Shown here in pieces: positions 51,301-62,592 of a DNA stretch of 64,000 nucleotides; the stretch's first letter is position 1, and each line of letters opens with the position of its first letter. The DNA is taken from assembly GCA_028023455.1 (NCBI GenBank), contig JAQFVV010000010.1:4154001-4218000 (forward strand). The letters are read 5' to 3'. This DNA is from Epiperipatus broadwayi (lineage: Eukaryota; Animalia; Onychophora). The position numbers and the translations under genes are program-made. The notes under the pieces are model-generated. The model had not been told where the DNA came from and ran no database searches. It saw only the letters and a list, made by a program, of their open reading frames with translations.

Positions 51301-53923
51301 GACCTGCACTGATTTGCCATATTCGGCAATTTCTGGTTCAACACAATGGTATCAAAACTTTATTCCTATGAACAATTTAACACTGGGATTTCTTTTTTTC
51401 TTAGTTTTATGAGTAATTTTTGTATCTATAATGTTCCGTAGACTGTTTTGTCTTCCCTGATTAGTTGTCAGCAATAGAAACTTGTTTAACATTTTTAATA
51501 TCTGATGCGAAGATAAAGTTCTTACACGTTTTTGTTAACATTTTTATTTTAAACCATTTTGATGAGATTTGATGTCCAAATGTTTTCTTTTTTATTCTAT
51601 CAATAATATTAGGATTTCTTGTGTCTCTATTCTTTTTAGAATTATTTGGTTTCATTTAAAACTATTTTTCAAAGATTTATGTTATTCTAATGATTCTAAG
51701 AATTACTTAACCTAGCTTTTGCCTATTTCCAATGACAGCTGTTTGCATAAAACGGAACAATAGGTAATTTCAATTATTCTTGAATGAAAACATTTAAAAT
51801 TTCTTGTAAGGATGAAAAAACAATAAAATAGGTATTCACTTACATTTTAGTAAACTTTTCTTCTATGAATTCAAAACTAGACTATAACTTTGGTGAATAA
51901 AACTGGGTGCCTGTAACAGCGTGAACTGGAGTCCCAGGTTCCCTCTAATGGACTAGAAGAAGTCTGGTTTATTTATAAAGATTTATAATATTCACATAAA
52001 TGTGAATATTACAATTACCCAGGAATAGAAAAAAATCTTTGATATTGAGTTGTAAAGATTTCATACAGGCAATGCAATAAAAGCAAATGAAATTTCGTAC
52101 ATATATATATATGATGTGGCTTTTTTTTTCTTTCATGTAGCATAGACAGGAGATTATTTATTAGAAAAATAAATCATTGGATGAATGGTATGGAAAGAAT
52201 ATTTACTGATCCCTAGGGACAATATTGTGACTGCATGGTATTCAATAATTTTTTATCAATGTTATAACATTACTATTTGAAAGCAATTTTGGTAATCATG
52301 AATAACCGCAATAATATTCAGGTTGTTTTTTTAGAGCTATGAACCTATTAATCTCTCTCTTATAAAATGATCTCTCTTTTTTTCATACATGGAAAAATCT
52401 GACACAAAAACAGTGATCTCTTTTATTATGAAGATATGTGTATCAGCATATATCTATATGTAATTAAAATATGATAATATAAATAATAATAAGTAATATT
52501 TTTTATAAAGAACTACATTTAAATTCTATTCAGATAGGAAATAAAAAATGTCACTTGATTTTCCAAGCATTCTGTATTTCAGTGTTATTGCATCATCTAT
52601 TTGTATTTGTTTTTTTTTTTAAAGTTTATCATTATTTTCAAAATTTTTTTAATTAATTATGTGTATAATATAATTTAGTGTTTGTTATTGTCATATATAT
52701 ATATATGTTAGTCAATATTACAAATGCTTGTTAAATTTTGAGATTTTTAAAAAAAAAAATTAAAAATTTGCTGCAGCTAATTTAATTTTATTTCTTCCAC
52801 ATAATATATAAATGAAGATCCATAGAGAGAAAGATAGGTAAATTAAACATTTTAAATTTATTTCTTGTTAATTGAATACATATATAAACAGGTTAAATGC
52901 TTATTAAAATTTGAGATATTTATTATATCAAAAAAAACTATTAAAATCCTAACAATAATATGCATATGTATTTTTGTCTTCACAAAATATAAGTAAATGA
53001 ATGAAGAGAATTAAAATTGAAGTAAACATAATTTTCAAGGAAGAAATTTTGTTGTTGTTACTATCTATTGAAGCAGAATATCTTAAATTTTATCAACAAA
53101 AAATTAATATTGCTAATTTTAACCATTTATTAGTACCAAGCACATTTAAACATATACATAGTAAGTACACAAGAAACTTGCACGCCCAGAATTATAGTGC
53201 AAATAATGAAAAGTTTTAGATTATTTTACATAAGAATTATTTTTACATTATTAAATGAAATGTAATCACAGTTATACATACACATAAAACATTTTTCCTC
53301 ATAAATTATATATATATATGTATTGAAAACTTCAAAATTCACAAGTTGTTCATTAATACTCGACTCCAAGTAGTAATTAAATGCATATATATATATATAT
53401 GTTTTGATGGTAAATAATATAAATTTTAGTTCAATTGAATGTGTTGTTTTTATAATTAGTTAGTGTGTATGTGCAATATAATTAAAGTTTATTTTTTATA
53501 GTTTTATTAATTTTAATTTTTGCTTTATATATAAATATGGGTTAATTAATAATTATTTAGGATTATTAATTATTTTTAGAACTGTACTTATTTCAGCCTA
53601 TTTATTAATTAAAAAACAAGCTTATTATTATTGTTATTGGCCCAAACATTATATCCAAATTAAGCAGGAGTATGCTGATAAGACTTGAAGTTTGAACTGC
53701 TGATTTGGTCCTGGATTCGCAAGATTTCCAAGTAAATTATTTAGTCATTGTTAGGACTATTTAGTATGCAAATATGAAATTATGTGAATGAATACATCTG
53801 AAATGTATATATGTAATTTGTTGGCATACTATTATAAAGTTGTCCATAGTAAATTTGTTGGTAATTGTATATAAATTATTAGGTGATTATACATACTATA
53901 TGTATATTTGAACAACATTTAAA

Positions 53924-53974
53924 TATTATTATTATTATTATTATTATTGTTGTTGTTGTTGTTGTTGTTGTTGT
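53924..53974 (+). repeat. Compound microsatellite (ATT)n(GTT)n
   Basis: Read directly from the sequence. Confidence 0.95.
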
Positions 53975-55460
53975 AACAATGTGAAAACATAGACATTATG
54001 TCAAAATTTTATAACTTTATCAGATTAGTTTTTGATTAATTGACTTTTCTTTTTTTATCTATATGTAATCAATTATTTTTAAAATATATATATACTTTTA
54101 AACCCCTACAATGCATTAATATTTTAAACTTAGAATAGCACTGCTTTGTTGTAAAACTTAGTGTTAATTTATTATTAAAAATAAATTCATTATTCTTGTT
54201 TAGACATATTATAGTCACAATTAAAAGATATTAACTAAAATTGTTTCTTTTTCTCAATATTCTTTATTTAAAAAATTAAATAACATAATGATTTGTATAT
54301 AATTTTTTTTTAGCCATTAGCCATCTTTGCTTTGTTTTATCAATATTTAATTTAAATTGAATTTGTTATTCTCTAATGAGAAATCAGTCTTTAAAATAGT
54401 TCAAACAATTCCAGAGATCAAAATATAGTATTAACTTTATATCCTAATCATTTTATTCATATTTCTGATTGTGTTTTTGTAGCTTTTTAAACAAAAGAAT
54501 ATTATAGAGCTAAAAAATAGATCAAGTGAGAAATGCATTCTCTAAGAATATTTTCTAGTTTTGCTGATCTTTATGACACAGTGAATTGCTGGTGGTGCTT
54601 ATATGGAAAAAGACTCCAATGCTGCAAAATCATTTTTGCAATTTATTCCACGTAAATTATAAACTAAGGCTAGTTTGATATGATGATGAAATACTTGGAT
54701 TATTTACCTAATTATATTTTAGAAATTAATGAAGAAACTCTCCTGACTGTTCAGATCATTGTGAATAAAAAAGAAATGGTGTAGCTTTTAATTTGCAGAT
54801 ATATTGAGAATTTGATTTTGTAGATTTTCATTCATTATTATTATTATGATTTAAGACTATGCTCCATCAGCCTATACAAATGAGGAAAAAATTAAAAAAA
54901 TGTATGAACAGATGCAATAAGAAATTGGTAAAAATTGCCAGCAAAACATGCTTTCTGTAATCAATGACTGATTGCCAAAATTGGAAATGGAAATAGTGTG
55001 AACAATTTGTACTTGGAAGCAGAAATGAAGTAAGAGAAGAGCTTTTTAAAATTTTTGTGAATTTATTGCCAACATATTTTTAAAGGAGTCAAAACACTAA
55101 TATTTGCAGTAATCAAATAGATTATATTCTAATACCCACTGATGGATGATTTCAGTTTTAATAGTGAAAACATTGTTTAGAACAGAATGATGAAACATTT
55201 TGAATTACGTGTAAATTTTGAGTAATGGTGAAAACTTCTGTTTTAGATGTAACTTTAACTATTGATACTGATTTTAGGAGTAAGATCTGATATTGATCTG
55301 AAGTTTTAAATGTTATTAATATTGAGTCGTATAAACCATGAATTTAAATGAAAGAAAGAATAAAATAAGGGAATTTTGTCCAAAATGAAACAACTAGATA
55401 ATTCAAAATGAATATCAGAAATTATTAATAGTTTTATATATTGTAATGGACATTCAATCT

Positions 55461-57985
55461 ATCCTGATCACAGAGGGCGCCACCAGATAACTACGTATCT
55501 GGAAAATTTATTTTCTGTGATCAAAATGGACGTGGAAGATGGTTTGCATCGACTAGATTCAGGGAGAAACAAGAGATCTTAAATATTGTTTAGACAATTG
55601 AGAAATAAAAGCACTAAGACAAATGTCAGCCAAATTAAGTTTAAACAAATTTTAAATTTTGTTTACGAGAAATATAAATTATAAGGTAAAAGTTTAGAAT
55701 TCAACAAGTAGGGTTATATCAGGCATGTACCAGAAAGAATAAAATTCAAAGTTCTGGCCGACAGACTATTTTTTTAACAATGAATTATAAAGGAAGGAAA
55801 CAATTTCTTTCAGCGGAGAATTCCCCAACAACACTGGTTTTCCTCTTTACAGATACGAAAACAATACGTTCTTGAAGTAAATCAACGAAACCAGCGCCAG
55901 CGAGTATTTCTTGGCCTGGAAAATGCGTCGGGACCAAGAACATCATACTGCCGGTAGAAGCTGCATTTTATACTATGTTCAAAGCAAAGATGATTGATTT
56001 ACCCCAAGAACAAAAGAAAAATATGATTAATACGTTAGAGTATAAATTATAAAACGGAGGAAATTTACTTCTCCAATTTAATGAAATAATAAACTGGGAA
56101 AATACTCTTAACATAAATGATTTCAAATTAATAAAATCTTAAACCTAGGATGAAAGGAAAACTGACATTTAAAACTGGCGAATCCTTAACCAAACGATTG
56201 GCCAAAACTAATCTAAGAATAATAATTAGAATTCTCAGTGGGAGACAAGTAAATAATTAGAAAACATGTTATGTCTGCCCAAGCATTCCAAAAAAGTGAA
56301 ATACTTATAATTACAAATAAACTTATAAACCAAGTTCTGAGTACATGCTCTGATAAAATTTAAAACCACAGTAAGGACAATAAATCTAGCAAGCAAATAT
56401 AAACTGTGCCCTAGATTTTTGTAAATTAAATTATCAGAGAGTGTCTACAAGTTGAAAATACGAAAACATTAAATACTTTAGCAGAAAGGAACATTCGTTC
56501 ACCTATAAGTTACAAAGGGGATTGATATTATTTTCCTGCTGGCGACTTATAGAAGAACAACAATCCTAATGTCCTGATTCAGTGATATATGAAAAATATA
56601 CGGTCTTGCAGAAATTGACAAAATGTCACCAGCGAACATTTCTTGCCCCAGAATAATGCATTAAGACAAGAATGTCATATTGCTGGTTGGACAGCCCTTC
56701 GATATACTACCTTTAAAGCAATTCGGAGTCGATTTACATGCAAGACAAAAGAAAAGTATGATTACGATCTTATGTAATCTAGAAAATAAGAAATCTCTAA
56801 CTACAGAAAACTAGAACAATAAACACGATAAACTGCCAGCTAAAAGATTTTGCGGTTTGCAAAAGTGCAAACACAGTATTTTAAGTCAATTATTGAACAA
56901 TAAAATAAATACAAGTAAACAAATTAAAATTACTCAAGACTGCTAAAGCATTTAGAAAAGTTAGGCATATAAATAGAGATATATTAAACATATAAAAATA
57001 TAAACTCATTAGACCCTCTGATAAATAAAATTGAAAAACTTGGAATCTTAAAACTAAGATTCCAAGTTACACTCCAAAATACACATGAAAAGCCAATACT
57101 GTTAATAAACTGGATGTTAAATAATTATTAAGGCTACAGATTTATTTTTGAGATAGAGTGATTTAACTAAAGAATATCCCTGGAAAGAATAAAAAAGAAA
57201 TATTTATGGTAAAGCAAAGTTTCATGGAGTGCGCACTTTTATTTGAGTTCATATTTCAGGTGTTCCATTTTGACAATGGCAAGTGTAGAGGCATATTGGG
57301 GAATCTGGTTTATTTTACTCCTTTATAGCGTGACTGAAGAAGGGCTGGCAGTCATGGGTCTGTCTTGGTTTAAATTAGCAACGCATCTGGTTGGTTACAA
57401 AATGTACAGTAGGATTTTTGACATCTTGGGGAAAGCAAAATGGTTTTAGGAAAATAAATGTCCGATCTGCTAACAATATGGTACGAATGTTGAAGGATTC
57501 ACTTGGACTAGCTTGTTGCAGCTAAGAATAAAAACAAAACTATTGGCCCAAAATTTGCGGGGTTATTTATACCATGCTACCTTTCCCGCAAAAACTTTTC
57601 CTGTTGTAGAATTCTATGCCTTAGGGCAGGGCACTCAATATAATGAGGAATTAACCAGGGATCATTTTAAACAACAACAACACAAAATTAAATCTCCGCT
57701 TTTAGAATGAACTTAGAAATTATTAAAATAAAAGCGACAGGAATGTAATTACAAGCTTGTTTGTTTTTTAATCAAATTGATTAAAAACAAGCGGTGAAAG
57801 AAAACTATTTTAAAATCAATTGTATAAAAAAAAAAAGAAAATGACCTATTTTAAATATAAATGAGTATGTGCTTTAATACACGTACTTTTTTTAAATTAT
57901 TACATTAGAAGTTTAATGAAAATTAAAGTTTTTTAATTTTTGGTGATCAAACCATTGAATCGGATATCAATCCGGTTCAATATAT
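55461..57985 (+). mobile_element. Unclassified ~2.5-kb element, copy 2, with terminal hairpins
   Basis: Homologous to 2686-5105 and located between RTE endonuclease and linker fragments. 5' hairpin at 55466-55522; 3' hairpin attgaatcggat-atca-atccggttcaat at 57954-57981. ORFs 57243 and 57513 are the best-preserved coding part. Confidence 0.78.
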
Positions 57986-58159
57986 ATATAAAAAAGAGGA
58001 GCTAAAATTAAAAAATTATAAAGGAAATTCTAAAAAAGCAGCCATAAAAAACAAGTCATATTTTAATAACAATTGTTACAACATTGAAAGTGGAAGAAAG
58101 TTTAGAGAAACAACAAGTGTTTTTTCTGGGAATTTTTTCGAAGGTTTGTGATGATATTT

Positions 58160-58946
58160 TAGTTGTTTTTATATATTGGAATATTTATATCATCTAATAT
58201 TAAGTATTGAATGTCTTTAGAAAAAATTAACTTTTTATTTAAATATTCCAACTACATTTAATGCTTAGTAATAGTACACAGGTTACTATATGCACAATGT
58301 TTCAAAGGATATTATTATCCTCTTGTTTTCAGGCATTGCTGGCCTGACCAATAACATTACTAACAAGGAAATTGAAAGTGAACCCTTAGATTCTTGAATA
58401 TTGAATTTTAAGATAATACTCTAACCAACTGAACCATTCTGCCAAAAACAACAGTCAGTAGAAATTTCATACACTTATCTATGAGGTTCCTCCTGATTTC
58501 TCCACTTTTTTGTAAGACTAAACATTATGTATAATCATACTAGGTTGACTTATGGGGTTATTTCCCATTGTCATTATGTGAGCACCTTTTTTGAATTTTC
58601 TTTGTACCTTTTCTTCTCAATCCAATATGTTTGTATTTCCCAATTGAACATATATTTATTGATACATACATGATCTGCTATCTTAGACACGTTTGCTTTC
58701 TCCTAATCATCAGTTTGTGCTCTTGCAGTCTCTTTTTAATGGGGCAGCTGGTCTCACTAATATACATTCTTCCACATTCACATGGTACTTCATAGATGCG
58801 CTTTTTACTTTTTAGTATTTCAAGTTTAGGCTTTGTAGATGTTAGAATTCTTCATAGTGTGCTATGACTTTGGAAAGGTTACACATATATTAATCTGTGT
58901 GCTATTACTAACACTTGAATGTAATTAGAATATTTAAATAAAGTTT
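58160..58946 (-). mobile_element. PLE GIY-YIG fragment enclosed by inverted repeats (F3 arms)
   Basis: IYEVPCECGRMYISETSC..KRLQEHK..IADH (58797 downwards). Arms are 58160-58293 and 58884-58946. A tRNA-like segment lies at 58380-58445 (-). Confidence 0.85.
58291..58334 (-). ncRNA. Decayed PLE-type hammerhead motif
   Basis: gcCTGAAAAc-a-agaggat-aataat-atccttt-GAAAC-attg: a 7-bp stem II, with G8 and the CpG of GAAACGTT mutated. Confidence 0.55.
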
Positions 58947-61900
58947 TTTTTTTTTTGGGAGTTTGTGAGATCAAAAAGAATCTCAACTATTTGCTGAAAA
59001 ATGCAATTGGACAGCTTATAACTGGAATAACAGTGTTCATAAATGAATGAAATATTCAGGATTTTTACAATGTCAATATCTTGTATATTTTATATCAACA
59101 ACCAAGAAAAACTAAAAATGGAGCATGAGATCAGATTCACATAAGAATATATGGCAATGCATCAGAAATTTTTACACAAAACTGAAGAATCAATAAAATT
59201 ACTGATGCAAATTATGAAGTCTGAAAAACCACACATAATGGCCTGTAGTTTTGAAAAAAATGAAGTTATATTTTTGTACAAAATAAAAAAAAATTATTTT
59301 TGGAAGACTGAAAACTATTGTATTTTATCTTTTAGAACACATATAAGTAAGATTTTTTTCTAAAAATGATACACCGTTAATTAGAGCCTTGTTGAAAAAA
59401 TATATCATTGCTAATGAACAAATAATAAACGAAAAGGATAAGTAGTGTTAAGAGTGAAATCAGCATACACCTTATTCATTTGATTTTGTTGACTACAGAA
59501 TATTCTTAGGAAATCGAATGTACCAGAACACCTCATTTTTTTTAATGAGGAATATTTCTAACAGACTAGAAGCTATATCTAAAATTGATCTGATTTTATA
59601 TTGACAAAGGAATGCAATGGTAATGAAAATTCTATCTATTTATTCAAGTATTATAAAAATTTATGATGTATAATGAGGAAAGCCAAATTGGAAGGCAATA
59701 TGACTATGGGTGATAAGAAAAATATCAATATCCTTAGATATACTGAAAATTTCATATTCAATAGCCAAAAAATGAGAAGTTTGAGGTTTGTGTTAATATA
59801 TTTAAGAAATAAAGTAAAAAGATGATAATAAGGCTAAATATTAAAAATATGTCTTTGTTATTTTTTTCCTATTTGATTTGATCATTTATCAACAACCCAC
59901 GAAGCCACCAGATTAATAGTAAAATAGTATGATAAAGATCTGAAGATGCGATAATATATATTTAAAAATAACGCTAAAATTGTTCAAATGAAGTATTGTC
60001 TGTAGATGTGAAAGTTAGACATTGAAATATCAGGTTAAAAAAAAGTATTGATGCTTTTATATTGCAGCCGAACAAAGGCTATTAAGATTGCTATTTATAG
60101 TTATAGTTGGAATATGAATTTATGTATACTATATATAATTAGATGTTTACTGTCTTATTTTCATCACATGAGGTAATTTAATTCATTAGAAAATTTATAA
60201 AGTCCAAAAAGTTGATGGTGAAAAACAATTAGTCAGGAGATGGATAGATTTTTGTCATCATTACAATAATTATTTCATTGGTCAACATATAAAATAAAAT
60301 TGATAATAGATTAAAATGCTGGAACTTGCCAAGAGTCAATATGTACCCAACTGAATTAAAAATATTGTTAGCAAAGGTGCACTCTACATATATATTTGGC
60401 TTTATTTTTTGGTTAAGGTATTTGGTTTGTTTAATCAAAAATATTTGCAGCAATGTTTATGATGAGCTGATTATCTGCTGAAGTTTATTTATTTTATACA
60501 GCTTGTGAAGAAATGAAGTGTTTTTATTGATGGTGAAAAATTTGAAATGAAAAATTGTATTAAACAAGAGTATGTACTTTTACCTTTGTTTTATATTTTT
60601 ATAACTGGTTTTTGAAACATTTTATAGGTAACTTATGAAATGGTCATCAAGATTTGATGTAAGTTTGATAATGCAGTTTTTAATTTGAACTGATTAAAAA
60701 CAAAAATAATTACAATATTTTCGCCAATTTAAAGGATGATTTATAAAATATTCTTAATTTTTTTAATGCAATTTAATAAATAATATTGGGGGGAAACAAT
60801 CATCAGCAACATTTAGCTTGTATTATTATCAGTTTGAGAATGTGAGAATCAATTTAAATATCTTGATATTAAGTACAATGAAAACTCCAAAATGCTGCTG
60901 CATAATTATTTTTACTAAATTGTCTTAGTATATGGCTGTTATTTTGCTCAATTTATTACATGAAAATGACCTTTTTATTAATATATAGATCCAGGAAATT
61001 TTTGGATGTGATAGTATTGAATCTATTAGTATAAAGGCACATTTTTATTGGATTGGGCATTTGAATTAAAAAAGTGATAACAGATTTCCCAAGAAAGTAT
61101 TTTATTGCGATCGATCGTGAGTTTGGTATTCATGGCAGAGACATTCAATACTTTATAATATAAAGTTTATGTCAAAAATACTTTAAAGAGAAGGAAGGCA
61201 TGGTTGATTACTTTCGTAATAATAATATGGGTAAAAATGTTCAAGTATTCTTAATTAAAAAATTTTGCATAACAATTAAATTTGAAGAAATCATTTGCAT
61301 TTTTTTTTTTTGTGGGATCACATAATATATACATATAATGTGAAATGAATGCAAACTCTCCAAAATAGACTTATTAATATATAACATACTGACACATGTT
61401 TTATTATAAATTTTAACAATTTAAATGACTTATTACCGGAGAACATTTATTTGAGTTATTATTATATGGTGTATAAAATTTCAAAAAATTTTTTGATACA
61501 GCTCAATCTTTTTCATTGGCTTAATCGCATGGTTTTCTAAGTTTTTTTTGTTTCTTCATTCATAGATTATATATTATATCAATCTTCGCCATTATTAAGT
61601 GTAAAATATATATCTTCTGATCCAATAAGTTATTTTATGCATTTGCCTTCAATATAGAATTGATTTTCAAAAGATGTTAATTTTCGTTTTGTTAATCTGC
61701 TGCATAATAATAAAAGTACCTGTAGCCTTTATTAATTTCATTGAGTTTTTTTATACCCCCAGTTTGGATAACAAAGTTTTCTATTTAGCATAATCTCATC
61801 TCAATTTTTTTCTTCACCAATTTTCAATTACATGCTAGCGTTTTCATTAATATTCATCATTTTAGTTTTGATATTAATTTTCAAATTAGTTCATTTATCA

Positions 61901-61963
61901 TTACCAAAATCACTTTTTTCTTTATTTTGCCAAACCATTTCAAACATACACCTACATTTCATA

Positions 61964-62009
61964 CATACACCTACATTTCGACTGTCCCGTAGTCTTCTTC
62001 AGAGCTATG
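61964..62009 (-). ncRNA. Near-intact type I hammerhead ribozyme motif in the PLE pLTR
   Basis: catagct-CTGAAGA-a-gact-acgggac-agtc-GAAA-t-GTA-ggtgtatg: a 4-bp stem II, an intact core, a GUA triplet and a 7-bp stem I with one bulge. Confidence 0.78.
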
Positions 62010-62444
62010 ATATAATGAACAAAATAAAATACATAACTATATAAATAATAACATAAAACAATAAACTAAAAACAACAAAATATATAAAATAAACCCAAAT
62101 AAAATAATCCAATTAATATAAAATAAAATATATATATAATAAATATAAATTATGCATGTGTATTCCTAACTGTATACATATATTCAAGAACAACTATTAA
62201 TCTAAATATATTTATTTTTATTATTATTAACAATCTCCTAATTGTTTCTATTTTTTTTATAAACTTAAACTTTATGGTTATTAACTATTCTTTTCATTTA
62301 CAATCATATAATAGCTACTATTTCTTTACTCATTCTTTTGTTTAAAATATTTTATATTTATTATTTTTTAATATCTAAAATCTATAAACATTAAAAGACC
62401 TTACCCAATTCACTTTAATCTCTTAAAAAAAATTTTTTTTTTCA

Positions 62445-62592
62445 ATGTGATATACTGTAGCTTCTCCTTAAACGAAGTCAAGAATCTCTCAGCAATTATG
62501 CCCAGAGAAACCTGTTAGCCACTTTATTTTCCATTCCCCAGTCTAAGTTTTTCCATATTCTGCTCCATCCCATTTCCACAACAATCTTTGTC
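62445..62592 (-). mobile_element. 5'-truncated 3' end of the 1-2673 LINE family, nested in the PLE
   Basis: The reverse complement matches 2513-2670 (gacaaag..ggaaatgggatggagcaga..aaagtggctaacaggtttctctgggcata..aaggagaag). Confidence 0.9.

Larger units (their letters stand above)
54700..61260 (+). mobile_element. Fragmented RTE/BovB-like LINE, interrupted by two insertions
   Basis: Endonuclease: RNGVALI, YAPS (54858), KMYEQMQ, GSRNE, QIDYIL (55114). Linker: KKAAIKNKSYFNNNCYNIE (~58035). RT: ENYCILSFRTHISKI (~59310) and NINILRY (~59725). A 3' piece lies at ~60.9-61.26 kb. Confidence 0.8.

Noticed and set aside
51400-51655. Walker A-like SGKT after ORF 51461..51655 (Polinton ATPase?)
   Set aside because: It has an in-frame stop, no hydrophobic strand or Walker B, and no other Polinton genes nearby.
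58380-58445. tRNA gene (also 48325-48385 and 37357-37420)
   Set aside because: Only A/B-box-like words are present and no cloverleaf can be built, so they are treated as SINE-like remnants.
61300-61930. R2/R4-like LINE remnant (KPMKKIELY resembles PLKP.QKL)
   Set aside because: Other frames give the PLE N-terminal DKG and RPIIS-like motifs in the right order after a pLTR HHR, which fits better.
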